A stretch of 58,903 bases of DNA from assembly GCA_021107795.1 (NCBI GenBank), contig JAIOSB010000009.1, positions 1-58,903 on the forward strand, read 5' to 3'. This document shows positions 40,419-50,788 of this stretch, one piece after another (positions within the stretch are counted from its first letter, which is position 1; every line of letters starts with the position of its first letter). A model generated the notes under the pieces. That model searched no databases, was not told where the DNA came from, and was given only the letters and a program-made list of their open reading frames with translations. This DNA is from a bacterium. Lineage in GTDB: Bacteria > Patescibacteriota > Dojkabacteria > SC72. The translations under genes were made by a program, and so were the position numbers.

Positions 40419-43362
40419 CTGTAGAAACAGCACTATCATAAGCAGTACCACTAATAATAGCTCTTGCTTGAATAGTATAATCCCCATTCCCTCCAGCACT
40501 ATCTGCCCATGTAGCTACCCAATTCCCTCCACTCTCAACTGCACCAAGTGTAGTGGAATAACCACCTCCGACCTTGTTAATAAAAAATTGGACAGAAGAA
40601 GGTACACCAACAACACTAGCTTCTAAATCAACCGGAAATACAATATTAACACCATCCGTAGGAGACACCAATGTAACAGGAGATGAACTTACAACAACAG
40701 TAAAAACTACAGAATTACCTGCAACCTTATCCAAGTTATCCTTCACTGCTACTGTCACAGTATGATTCCCCAATACCATATCTGATGGTATATCATAAGT
40801 AACAGAATATGTATCATCCTCATTTATCGATGCACCAACAATAGGATTACCATCTATACTCACACTAAACTCTGCAACACTCTCAAGAACTCTAACACTC
40901 CCAGAAATAACAAGACTACTACTCTGAGCAGCCTCCTGTCCTGATGTAGGAGATACAATCTCAATCATAGGAGCATTATCTGGACCCAGTGGTAATGGAC
41001 ACTCTGCACTATCAGGCATAGAAATTAGATAGTTACCATCCTCAATACCCAACAAAAACTTATCATACGTACTCTGCTGATATGAATTAGCCAACTTATT
41101 ATTAATAACCACATAATCCTTTCCAAGCTCATACTTCTTAGCAGCCTCTACATTCTCAGCCACCAAACCATTAGACTCACACACATACACAATCTCTCTT
41201 TTATCTCCAGACGGTCCATGACCCTGGATATAAATATTCGATTCCTTTGGACAATCAACACCCTTTTGAACAACTCTCCCCGTATCAGTACAAACAGTAG
41301 TAGAAAAAATCCCAGACGGTCTACTATATAATGAAACTGGATACTCATCAGCAACTCTCTGCATAAAAGAATGTGCAATCGGAAGTGGAACATTAGAACT
41401 CCAACCACCTGGCATCTCTTCATTATTATTATTCCCTGCCCAAATACCTACTACAAGATTCTTGTGATATATCACAGTCAATAAATCCTTAGGCCCATTA
41501 GTTGTACCAGTCTTAAAACAAACCTTCTTACCCTGCACTCGATAAGAAGCTCCCGCTCTATCACCATGCCCTCCTAGATCACAAAGTATGTAGTTTAGTG
41601 CATAAATCTCTTTCTCATCAAAAACTCTCTGTGTAACTGGAGACTCCTTCTCATACAAAACCTCTCCTTTTGATGTCTCAACCTTAAGGAATGGCTCTGT
41701 CTCCGCCTTTACACCCTCATTAGCAAATACTCCAAACGCTGCAGTATGTTCAAGCAATTTCATCTCTCCAGAACCCAGTGCAAGACTCAAGCCATAGTCA
41801 GCCTTATCACTCAAAGTTGTAACTCCCAATTTCTCGACAGTGTTAATAAAGTTCTCAATACCAGCTACTTGCAAAGTATAAACAGTTGGAAGATTTCTTG
41901 ACTTACCCAAAGCTTCCCTTACTGTCATAAGACCCATGTACTTCTTGTCCCAGTTCACAGGCTTATAACCACCAAAGGACATCTTAATATCTGGAGCCAA
42001 TGCCCAAGGACCAGAACCCTGTGTAAACGCAGTTAAATATGTATAAGGCTTCGCTGAAGACCCTACCTGTCTAAGACTAGTTGCAATATTCACATTCCCA
42101 TCTACACGAGGATCTTCCTGATTCCAATAATCTACAGATCCCACCATTGCTATAACTTCCCCATTATTAGGATCCAGTACCACCATCGAACCATTATGAA
42201 CATTATATCTACCCCCCTTTGCAATACCCTCAGAAATTTCCTCTTCAGCGATCTCTTGAATATTGTAATCTAGTGTCGTGATAACTCTTAATCCTCCCTT
42301 TGCTACACGATCAGCACCATACTCTTCTTCTAAAAGACTTTTTACATAAAAGACAAAGTGCGGGGCTTTAATATCAATCTTCTTAGATGTATAAACCAAC
42401 TCTTCAGCCTTAGCAGCCTCTATTTCTTCTTCGGTCACACCAGTTAAATCAGAATACTTCAACATCTGATCTAGTACAAAATCTTGCCTTGACTCTGCCA
42501 ACTCTGGATTTGTACCAAACAAAGGAGAATAGATACTAGAGTTCGTAATTATCCCAGCAAGCAATGCGCTCTCAGCCAAAGAAAGCTCACTTACATCCTT
42601 ACCAAAATATATATTTGCTGCTGTTTGATATCCATAATTAACACCACCAAGAGGAACCTCATTCATATACATCTGCAATATCTCATCCTTTGATAAAGTT
42701 TGCTCAACCTGCATAGTAATCAACACTTCCTTAATCTTCCTTGAATATGTTTTTTCATAGGCTTCTTCACCAAGAACATCAAAAAGAATTGTATTTTTTA
42801 CCAATTGCTGAGTTAGTGTACTCGCTCCACGAACAAGCTCCCCAGATGTAATATTCTGGAAAAAAGCCATGGCAATACCAGCATAATCAACCCCTTTGTG
42901 TTGATAAAATTCTACATCTTCTGCAGCAAGCAACGCCCATTTAGTATGACTTGGAATATCTTCGACAGGAACAAATTCTCTATTCTGATCACCATACACT
43001 GTATAAAGCAACTTCTCATTCCTATCATAAATCTGAGTACTCTGATCTGAGTTCCTCGCCACTAATTGATCTGGAGCAGGGAGAGAATCTCTCAAATTCT
43101 TTAGATATATACCTACAACTAATACAGCAATACAACCAATGAAAAAGCCAACGCCTGCTAATATATATATAAACTTCTTAAACTGTGCAACATCTATTCC
43201 TAAGAATCCTTTCTTTCCCACCTTCCTCTTTGTTCTACCAGATTTCTTACCACTCATTCTCTTAAACCTATCCATCTTACTTACTCCAACATACTTTCTA
43301 CCCTTTACTTTCCTTGGTTTTCTCTTTTTACTTTTTGATAGCATAGCTATACTGTATTTCAT
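40408..43362 (-). CDS. class A penicillin-binding protein (PBP1A type) with C-terminal Ig-like extension
   Basis: A basic N-terminal tail and TM segment. GT51 motifs AEDVEFYQHKGVD and RKIKE. Transpeptidase motifs SSAK, SRN and KTGT, plus about 186 extra beta-rich C-terminal residues. ATG at 43362 is chosen. The ORF is open to the TTG at 43422. Confidence 0.9.
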   Translation of the reverse strand: MKYSIAMLSKSKKRKPRKVKGRKYVGVSKMDRFKRMSGKKSGRTKRKVGKKGFLGIDVAQFKKFIYILAGVGFFIGCIAVLVVGIYLKNLRDSLPAPDQLVARNSDQSTQIYDRNEKLLYTVYGDQNREFVPVEDIPSHTKWALLAAEDVEFYQHKGVDYAGIAMAFFQNITSGELVRGASTLTQQLVKNTILFDVLGEEAYEKTYSRKIKEVLITMQVEQTLSKDEILQMYMNEVPLGGVNYGYQTAANIYFGKDVSELSLAESALLAGIITNSSIYSPLFGTNPELAESRQDFVLDQMLKYSDLTGVTEEEIEAAKAEELVYTSKKIDIKAPHFVFYVKSLLEEEYGADRVAKGGLRVITTLDYNIQEIAEEEISEGIAKGGRYNVHNGSMVVLDPNNGEVIAMVGSVDYWNQEDPRVDGNVNIATSLRQVGSSAKPYTYLTAFTQGSGPWALAPDIKMSFGGYKPVNWDKKYMGLMTVREALGKSRNLPTVYTLQVAGIENFINTVEKLGVTTLSDKADYGLSLALGSGEMKLLEHTAAFGVFANEGVKAETEPFLKVETSKGEVLYEKESPVTQRVFDEKEIYALNYILCDLGGHGDRAGASYRVQGKKVCFKTGTTNGPKDLLTVIYHKNLVVGIWAGNNNNEEMPGGWSSNVPLPIAHSFMQRVADEYPVSLYSRPSGIFSTTVCTDTGRVVQKGVDCPKESNIYIQGHGPSGDKREIVYVCESNGLVAENVEAAKKYELGKDYVVINNKLANSYQQSTYDKFLLGIEDGNYLISMPDSAECPLPLGPDNAPMIEIVSPTSGQEAAQSSSLVISGSVRVLESVAEFSVSIDGNPIVGASINEDDTYSVTYDIPSDMVLGNHTVTVAVKDNLDKVAGNSVVFTVVVSSSPVTLVSPTDGVNIVFPVDLEASVVGVPSSVQFFINKVGGGYSTTLGAVESGGNWVATWADSAGGNGDYTIQARAIISGTAYDSAVSTVTY

Positions 43363-43458
43363 AGTTCGTATTCTTTTAATATTACACCAATATAATATAA
43401 TGGATTTATAAGAAAATCTCAATAAAAGGAATTTTGATGTATGATATAATTCAATATT

Positions 43459-44754
43459 ATGAAAAACACTAAACTAACAACGGCTCCATACAAGGGAACT
43501 AGAGACACATATCCCAAAGACATGATGATAAGGAATTACATCTTCGATACTTGGAGTAGGGTGGCTAAAAGATTTGGATATGAGGAATATGACACTCCTC
43601 TAATTGAATCTGCACAACTCTATAGAGCAAAATCTGGAGAAGAATTAAGCAATCAACTTTACAACTTTACAGACAAAGGTGGCAGGGAGATTTCTCTCAG
43701 ACCAGAAATGACTCCTTCACTTGCTCGAATGGTAGCTGCTAAAAAGAACGAATTACAATTACCCCTTAGATGGTTTAATATTGGCAAATTCTACAGATAT
43801 GAAAAACCACAAAGAGGTAGGCGAAGAGAATTCTTCCAACTCAATATCGATATCCTTGGTATAAGCACTATTGATGCTGAATTGGAGATAATACAATATG
43901 TAATGGAGGTAATGAGTGAATTTAATGCTCCTAAAGATACTTTTGAGTTAAGGATTAATAATAGATATTTACTAGATTACCTTTTTACCGAAATACTTGA
44001 GCTTTCTGAAGAATTAGTACCCCAACTTGCCAGAGCTATTGATAACTTCTCTAAAATGGAACTTAGTGATTTTAAAGAATATCTCATTGAGATAGGGCTG
44101 GATAATGAACAGGTCGAAAAAGTCCTAGACTTCCTAAGCTGGGATCTTTCCATGTTAGAAACTCTCAAAGGGAAATCAGATGGCGCTGATCAGTTACTCG
44201 AGCTGTTTGAGAAAGCAAAGAATTTAGATATTACAAATATAGTCTTTAGCCCATCAATAATGAGAGGTCTTGACTACTACACAGGTACAGTCATTGAAAT
44301 GTTTGATATTGGTGGTGACAAAAACCCAAGAGCTATGTTCGGCGGTGGTAGATATGATGACTTACTTGCCATCTTTGGAGAAGAGAAACTCCCTGCATTT
44401 GGATTAGGGTGGGGAGATATTATTATGACTGACTACCTTAGCACCTACAACCTTCTACCTGATACCAAAAGTAATACCAAGGTATATGTAACACTAATGA
44501 ATGAATCTCTTCTCAGTGAAAGTGCAAAACTTACACAAGAATTACGGAAAAGTGATATTAATACACTAATGTGTCTAGAACCAATCAAACTTAACAAACA
44601 ACTCCAGCAAAGCAATAGAAAAGGTATAAGATGGGTGATTTTTATAGGAGAAGATGAAATTAAACAAAACAAAGTTCAGCTTAAAAACATGAATAGTGGA
44701 GAAAGCTTCTTAATTACAGTATCCGAGTCTATACAAAAGATTAAAGAAATTTAA
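43459..44754 (+). CDS. hisS: histidine--tRNA ligase
   Basis: KGTRDTYP followed by YRYEKPQRGRRREFFQ, and GGGRYDDL, with a class IIa anticodon-binding C-terminal domain. Confidence 0.9.
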   Translation: MKNTKLTTAPYKGTRDTYPKDMMIRNYIFDTWSRVAKRFGYEEYDTPLIESAQLYRAKSGEELSNQLYNFTDKGGREISLRPEMTPSLARMVAAKKNELQLPLRWFNIGKFYRYEKPQRGRRREFFQLNIDILGISTIDAELEIIQYVMEVMSEFNAPKDTFELRINNRYLLDYLFTEILELSEELVPQLARAIDNFSKMELSDFKEYLIEIGLDNEQVEKVLDFLSWDLSMLETLKGKSDGADQLLELFEKAKNLDITNIVFSPSIMRGLDYYTGTVIEMFDIGGDKNPRAMFGGGRYDDLLAIFGEEKLPAFGLGWGDIIMTDYLSTYNLLPDTKSNTKVYVTLMNESLLSESAKLTQELRKSDINTLMCLEPIKLNKQLQQSNRKGIRWVIFIGEDEIKQNKVQLKNMNSGESFLITVSESIQKIKEI

Positions 44755-44810
44755 TAAAATACTCCTTAGAGTTATTTATTAACCCGCTAAAGATAAACAA
44801 AAAGCGAGTA

Positions 44811-45458
44811 TTGGTTGTAAACATTGAAACAACAAATACTGCTCAACGTTTTCTCGAAAAAGAAAACCTTTGGCGAATTACCCCTCAAAATCTCACAAAT
44901 GCAACACAGATTGTTAATAATCGGTATGTAGATTTGCTTTGTATAGATACAGATAATACAAACAAACAGCTCCTTGATTTTCTTAAACACCTAAAAAATA
45001 AACGCCTTAGAACAAAGATCTTAGCTATTATTCCCAATAATACAAATCTCAAACATATTCTCCTTAGCTACGGTTGTGATGATTATTTACAAAAGCCCTA
45101 TAATCCAGAGGACTTAGTCCTTCGGTGTAAAAACTTAATCCATTGTATTCCTACTCAATATGAAATTATATATGAGTACAACTTCTTGCGATACGAGAAA
45201 AAGATGGATAGGGTTATGTATAATGATATTTACATTCCCCTAACTCCTACGGAGATTAGTTTAACAAAACTCCTAATCAAGAGAAAATTTATATCAAAAG
45301 AAGAGATTATTCATTACATAGAATCTAAGGATGGGAAAAGACATACAGAACAATATATTGTAGTAATAGTACATAGAATAAGAGAAAAGATTAGATTGTG
45401 TACAGGGAGAGAATTAATTGATAATAAATATGGAGGAGGGTATAGGCTTAAATATTAA
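44811..45458 (+). CDS. OmpR-family winged-helix regulator with atypical receiver-like N-domain (orphan)
   Basis: A C-terminal Trans_reg_C pattern (LTPTEISLTKLLI, VVIVHRIREKI, YGGGYRLK). The N-domain keeps DLLCID and DDYLQKPY but lacks the N-terminal acidic DD pair. TTG start. Confidence 0.7.
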   Translation: MVVNIETTNTAQRFLEKENLWRITPQNLTNATQIVNNRYVDLLCIDTDNTNKQLLDFLKHLKNKRLRTKILAIIPNNTNLKHILLSYGCDDYLQKPYNPEDLVLRCKNLIHCIPTQYEIIYEYNFLRYEKKMDRVMYNDIYIPLTPTEISLTKLLIKRKFISKEEIIHYIESKDGKRHTEQYIVVIVHRIREKIRLCTGRELIDNKYGGGYRLKY

Positions 45459-45476
45459 CAATTCGTTTCATTATAT

Positions 45477-48065
45477 CTAGACTTTCTTCTTCCACTCAAT
45501 AATCTTCCCCAAAGCTTCCATAGGAGTCATATTATCCACATCTAACTGCTGCATATCCCTCTCAACCTCACTCTCTTTAGCAGTAAAAAGAGGATACTGA
45601 AATACCGTCTTATCAACCTTCTTCTTACTCATCAATATCTCAGAATCTTTCAACTCACTCTCTCTACTAAACATCTTCTCCTGTTCAAAACCTTCTAATA
45701 TTTCATTTGCCCTATTCACAACCTTCTCAGGTAATCCTGCCATCTTAGCTACATAAATACCATAACTACGATCAGTACCACCCTCAACAATCTTCCTAAG
45801 GAATATAACAGTACCTGCATCAAGATCCTCTTCAACAAGCACATTGAAGTTTTTAATCCTATCCGGGACTCTTTCTGAAAGCTTCAAGAGTTCATGATAA
45901 TGGGTAGCAAAAAGTGTACGAGCCTTAATATCCGTAACTAAGTACTCCGCTAAAGCCCAAGCAATACTCACACCATCGTAAGTACTAGTACCCCTTCCGA
46001 CTTCATCAAGTACAACCAAACTATACTTAGTTGCATTGTTCACAATATTTGCAGCCTCGTCCATCTCTACCATAAAAGTACTCCTACCACGACCAAGATC
46101 ATCACTAGCACCAACCCTAGTAAATATCCTATCCACGATTGATATTGATGCACTAGAGGCAGGTACAAAACAACCTATCTGAGCAAGCAAAACTATAGTA
46201 GCAACCTGTCTAATATAGGTAGACTTACCAGACATATTAGGACCTGTTAGTATACACATATTATTCTCCCTAAAATCCAAGGTTGTATCATTGGAAATAA
46301 AGTCATCCTCAAGCAAATTCTCTACAATTGGGTGCCTTCCATCTTGGATATCAACTATGCCCTCCTTTTCACCCAAATCATAGATCATAGGTTTAACATA
46401 ATCCGAGGTAATAGCAAGATTAGCAAAACCAGAAAGAGCATCTAACCTGGCCACTCTTTTCCCTATCTCTTGGAGCTTACTAAGCTTAGAGACAAAACCA
46501 TCTCTAAATTCACAAAACAATTTATACTCCAACTCTGAGAGCTTCTCCTCTGCGTTGAGGATAATATCCTCCTTTTCCTTTAATCCCTCGGTAATATATC
46601 TCTCACTATTAACCAATGTCTGCTTTCTAATATATCGCTCTGGAACTTTCTCCTGATGAGTCTTTGTTACCTCAATGTAATATCCAAAAACCCTATTAAA
46701 ACCAATCTTAAGGGAGGTAATTCCAGTCTTTTTCTTCTCTTCTTCCACAAATTTCTTTAACCACCCCTTACTACTACCCGAAAGCTCCCTTAATTCATCA
46801 ACCTTCTCGTTATACCCATCTTTAATTACACCTCCCTCTGTTATCAAAACAGGTGGATTATCAGCAATGGCAGTATCAATACTTCTAACTATTTCTTTAA
46901 TAAGACTAATATGAGGAATATACTTATCTTTTAATATTGTGTTCACCCTTAATATTGCATCCAACGAGGTTTGTAGTGCATTAAAATCTCTAGCATTAAC
47001 TCTACCCAAGCCAATTTTACCAATAATCCTTTCTATATCACTCACAGAGGAGAGCTCCTCCCTTACACTACTTAGCAACTCCCTATCCTTTACAAACCTT
47101 TCCACAACATCCAACCTATCATTAATACTCTTCTTTTCAATCAACGGATTAAGAATCCAGTGATACAACAACCTACCACCCATCCTGGTTTTCGTATTAT
47201 CAACAACCGAAAGTAATGATCCCTTTACACTCCCAGAATAGGAATTCGCAACTAATTCTAAGTTCTTAATTGTAGGCTTATCCAAAATCATCTTTCCATT
47301 GATATTTACCTCTCTTGGTTTCTCAATATGGGTCGGATTACACAATTGCGTATCCTCAATATATTTAAGTATCATACCTACAGAAACTAATTGAGCATTC
47401 TTACTAAGCCCCAAAGACTCAAGACTTTTTACCTTGTAAAACTGAGTTGCAATCTCCTTGGCAAATTCCATATTCCTTAATCCTTTATCAACAAACTGCA
47501 CAGGGATATTTCCAAACTCCAATCCGTTGCTCCCATCAATCAAAAGAACCTCAACTGGATCGTACGAAGAAAGTACTGCATCAATATTTTCAGCACTGAA
47601 AGGCAATTGCATCACTAAAAGCTCTCCCGTAGACATATCACACAGTGAAACCCCTAGGGAATTCTTTTCTCTAAAGAATGCAGCCAAGTAAGAATTCTTC
47701 AAATCATTCGCTTGTTCTCCGTCCAGAGTCCCAGGAGTTACAACCCTTGTTACCCCCCTCTTTACAATACCCTTCGCAAGTTTAGGGTCCTCAAGCTGAT
47801 CTACTACTACTACACAATATCCCGCATTAATTAGTTTAGGCAAATACTGATCAATTGCTTTTTGAGGAAATCCTGCAAGTGGAGTAGGATTACTCTTTTT
47901 ATCTCTTGCAGTAAGTGTAATGTTGAGTACCTTAGAAGCAGTCTTAGCATCATCTCCAAAAGTTTCAAAGAAATCTCCCATTCTAAACAGTACAATCTTA
48001 TCTGGATATTGCTTCTTGAACTTCATATACTGCTCCATCATAGGAGTTTGTTTAATGCTAGACAT
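45477..48065 (-). CDS. mutS: DNA mismatch repair protein MutS
   Basis: PMMEQYMKFKKQYPDKIVLFRMGDFFETF, Walker A TGPNMSGKST, then DEVGRGTSTYDG and FATHYHEL. Confidence 0.95.
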   Translation of the reverse strand: MSSIKQTPMMEQYMKFKKQYPDKIVLFRMGDFFETFGDDAKTASKVLNITLTARDKKSNPTPLAGFPQKAIDQYLPKLINAGYCVVVVDQLEDPKLAKGIVKRGVTRVVTPGTLDGEQANDLKNSYLAAFFREKNSLGVSLCDMSTGELLVMQLPFSAENIDAVLSSYDPVEVLLIDGSNGLEFGNIPVQFVDKGLRNMEFAKEIATQFYKVKSLESLGLSKNAQLVSVGMILKYIEDTQLCNPTHIEKPREVNINGKMILDKPTIKNLELVANSYSGSVKGSLLSVVDNTKTRMGGRLLYHWILNPLIEKKSINDRLDVVERFVKDRELLSSVREELSSVSDIERIIGKIGLGRVNARDFNALQTSLDAILRVNTILKDKYIPHISLIKEIVRSIDTAIADNPPVLITEGGVIKDGYNEKVDELRELSGSSKGWLKKFVEEEKKKTGITSLKIGFNRVFGYYIEVTKTHQEKVPERYIRKQTLVNSERYITEGLKEKEDIILNAEEKLSELEYKLFCEFRDGFVSKLSKLQEIGKRVARLDALSGFANLAITSDYVKPMIYDLGEKEGIVDIQDGRHPIVENLLEDDFISNDTTLDFRENNMCILTGPNMSGKSTYIRQVATIVLLAQIGCFVPASSASISIVDRIFTRVGASDDLGRGRSTFMVEMDEAANIVNNATKYSLVVLDEVGRGTSTYDGVSIAWALAEYLVTDIKARTLFATHYHELLKLSERVPDRIKNFNVLVEEDLDAGTVIFLRKIVEGGTDRSYGIYVAKMAGLPEKVVNRANEILEGFEQEKMFSRESELKDSEILMSKKKVDKTVFQYPLFTAKESEVERDMQQLDVDNMTPMEALGKIIEWKKKV

Positions 48066-48092
48066 AGTTCTGGATTATATCATAGAAGAAAG

Positions 48093-50663
48093 CTACTTAC
48101 CCATAACTAGCTTCGCTTCTTCTTTCGCTACAAGCTTACGAGCATCCTTAACAATTTCAGGGTTTACACTAACTCCATATACTCCATTTTTGACACACTC
48201 ACTGACAAGTTGTTTATCTTTCTCACAAACTACCATAACTAGAGCCTTAAATGGCTTCAGAATATCAATCACATTATTAACCATCTTAAGCATACTGTTT
48301 GTAGAAAGAGAATACTTAGCCTTAATATCATCTATCCCTAAACCTTGCATCTGCCTCGCAAGTCTTGGCATATTAAGTATGACTCCATCTATCTTAGCTT
48401 CTACAATATCATCCACCAATATGATTTCAGCAGGATTATCAATGACAGCATACACTTTGAAAGTAGAACTTCTTCGAAGACCAACACTCGACAGGTTTTT
48501 CTTAAAGACTTTCATAAGATCTCCACTCATAGGGGCGTGTACTGCAAGACTCACATTACGCTTCTTGTAAACATCCCTTACCCTTTTCACAATCTTTAGA
48601 GTTCGCTTCAACAAATCACCATTAGCAACATAGTGCTTTAACCCAAACTGATCGTCAGATATATCAGACGACTCCATCGACTTCCCTCTAGTTATACCTC
48701 TAAACTCTCCAACTGTACTAGAACCAATACTTACTATAACCTCATTGCCTTGAGAAAGTTCTACATACTCACAAATCTTTTCTGCAATTAATTTCGCATA
48801 CTCCACAAATTTCTTATCTTCAACATACGCTAGAAGATGTCTACCCTGTTCAATCATTATCCTATCCATATCCACAAACACCATACCATGAGAATTCCCA
48901 ACATACTTCTTGATATCATCTAACTTAAGGACGGGTTGTATAAATACCTTGGTAGCACTAGGCGCGAGAGAAGTATCAACTGGAATACCACCTTCTAACA
49001 TTCGCTCTTCACTCTTTGCTTCTTTTTTCTTCTTCTTGCCTGAAAGATCAATACCTGAAAGATTCTCCTTACTGTAAGCTGTCACTACTGGATGGACTTT
49101 TTCATCTTTAAACCCTTTGGTAATATTGGAATCAGTTTCTTTGTACACACTCCCTACATTACCATCAACACGAACCAAATCTCCCTGTTTAAGGATACTT
49201 GATGCATTAACTGCACCAACAACAGCAGGAATCCTAAACTCCCGACAGATAATGGCAATATCACTAGTCAAGCCACCAGAGTCTGTAATAACTGCACCAG
49301 CACTAAGTATCATGGATTCCATTTCATATGCGTAGGATTTAATAACAAGGACATCATTCTTAGTAACCGCTACATCTTTTCTTCCATCTTCTATAATCAG
49401 GACCTTACCAGTCACAGTACCAAAGCTAGCACCTATACCAGAAAGTAAGAAGTCATCTCTTGTTTGAACTCGAGTTTCTGTCTCATTATTCTCCTTGTTT
49501 ACACTCTTTGCGATATTAATTAATTTCTCTACATTTCCATCATACTCATGCTTTTGTTTTCTTACCAATTTCTTAGCACCATCTAAAGCCTTCTCTTCTA
49601 TACTATCTACATCCCTGTATCTGCTTACTAAAGAACTAACTACCTCACCCAGAGTATCCCTATCCTCTCTAACCACAACTACCTCTGGTTCTGCAAACAT
49701 TTCACTCAATGATTTACTCTGTAATACCCAAATCCTACCTCCAGCCTGTACCCACTCTAAACTCTGATGCTCCCTCGACTTATTCTCAACCACCAACGCT
49801 ATCTTAGACACCTCTTGCAAATATTTCTCCTCCACCTTCTGCCTATGACTCCAAGCTTGAGATATGGAAATCTTCTCTACACTGCTCTTCTTCTTACCAA
49901 CACCAACCGTTCTAATCCTCATCCATTCTTGTGGAGATATATGCTTTTCAATCGTAGACAAATCTTTCTTGTTGAGCACATATGTATCTGGAGTAATCTC
50001 ACCAGTAGCAATGACATCCCCAAGTCCATATACTGCTTCTACACTCACTCTCGTCTTGTCTTGAGTAATCGGATCTACTGTAAACACTACTCCAGACACT
50101 TCAGCTTGTACCATTCTCTGTACAACAACAGCGAGTTTAACTGCTGAAAGATCAACTCCCTTTCTTGCACAGTACATTACAACATCATCTGTGAACATCG
50201 ATGCGTAGATATTTTTCACTGCATCAACCAATTGATCCATATGTCTAACATTTAATTCCGTAGAGAACACTCCACTAAAAGACACCTCTGGATTGGAAGG
50301 AAACACTACTGAGGATCTAACAGATACCCATGCATCTGTAAATCCGGATATTCTAGTGTATGCAGTTTGTACTTGATCTAAAAGTTCTTCTTTGAACTTT
50401 GTCTTAAATATACTCTTCTCAACTTCTTCATTCTCAGGATTTCTCCCTTTGTGTGTTAGCTTCTCTACATCCCTATCCAAACCTTCAAACACCATATCTT
50501 TAAAAACAGTAGGGGAGATGACAAAAAACTCAGGTACTGGTATATCCATATCCTTGAGTTTAAACAAGCTTAATCCTTTTCTACCTACAGAACTCTCTCT
50601 TAAGTTCTTTGCATGAAAATCTTCCCAGAAGTACACCAAGTTTTTTGTTTGTGATTTACTCAT
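48093..50663 (-). CDS. PEP-synthase / pyruvate,water dikinase-like protein with non-canonical swivel domain (Asp in place of phospho-His)
   Basis: An intact-looking N-terminal ATP-grasp PPDK_N region (VRSS, SFSGVFST, SGVVFTVDP, GLGD). The swivel motif reads GGLTSDIAIICREFRIPAVVG. The C-terminal domain is only loosely like the PEP-utilizer TIM barrel. Confidence 0.8.
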   Translation of the reverse strand: MSKSQTKNLVYFWEDFHAKNLRESSVGRKGLSLFKLKDMDIPVPEFFVISPTVFKDMVFEGLDRDVEKLTHKGRNPENEEVEKSIFKTKFKEELLDQVQTAYTRISGFTDAWVSVRSSVVFPSNPEVSFSGVFSTELNVRHMDQLVDAVKNIYASMFTDDVVMYCARKGVDLSAVKLAVVVQRMVQAEVSGVVFTVDPITQDKTRVSVEAVYGLGDVIATGEITPDTYVLNKKDLSTIEKHISPQEWMRIRTVGVGKKKSSVEKISISQAWSHRQKVEEKYLQEVSKIALVVENKSREHQSLEWVQAGGRIWVLQSKSLSEMFAEPEVVVVREDRDTLGEVVSSLVSRYRDVDSIEEKALDGAKKLVRKQKHEYDGNVEKLINIAKSVNKENNETETRVQTRDDFLLSGIGASFGTVTGKVLIIEDGRKDVAVTKNDVLVIKSYAYEMESMILSAGAVITDSGGLTSDIAIICREFRIPAVVGAVNASSILKQGDLVRVDGNVGSVYKETDSNITKGFKDEKVHPVVTAYSKENLSGIDLSGKKKKKEAKSEERMLEGGIPVDTSLAPSATKVFIQPVLKLDDIKKYVGNSHGMVFVDMDRIMIEQGRHLLAYVEDKKFVEYAKLIAEKICEYVELSQGNEVIVSIGSSTVGEFRGITRGKSMESSDISDDQFGLKHYVANGDLLKRTLKIVKRVRDVYKKRNVSLAVHAPMSGDLMKVFKKNLSSVGLRRSSTFKVYAVIDNPAEIILVDDIVEAKIDGVILNMPRLARQMQGLGIDDIKAKYSLSTNSMLKMVNNVIDILKPFKALVMVVCEKDKQLVSECVKNGVYGVSVNPEIVKDARKLVAKEEAKLVMGK

Positions 50664-50734
50664 CCAAAGCTAGACAGTTAAATTAACTAGGACAAAGTGT
50701 TAATAGATATTAGCGCTTAATATTTAAAGATGCA

Positions 50735-50759
50735 AGTAAAAGGGGAGTATATACTCCCC
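50735..50759 (-). terminator. intrinsic terminator downstream of the 50789..51745 gene
   Basis: A perfect palindrome, GGGGAGTATATACTCCCC (50742..50759), followed on the minus strand by TTTTAC. Confidence 0.6.
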
Positions 50760-50788
50760 AATTACAACTAATCTTTAACAGCTAAAGA

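Noticed and set aside
47920-48570. Long antisense ORFs inside mutS and the PEP-synthase-like gene (also 6501..7028, 12974..13468, 16460..16858, 49767..50147 and similar)
   Set aside because: They lie entirely opposite strongly supported genes and have Ser/Leu/Ile-rich low-complexity translations with no motifs. These are typical shadow ORFs of AT-rich coding sequence.
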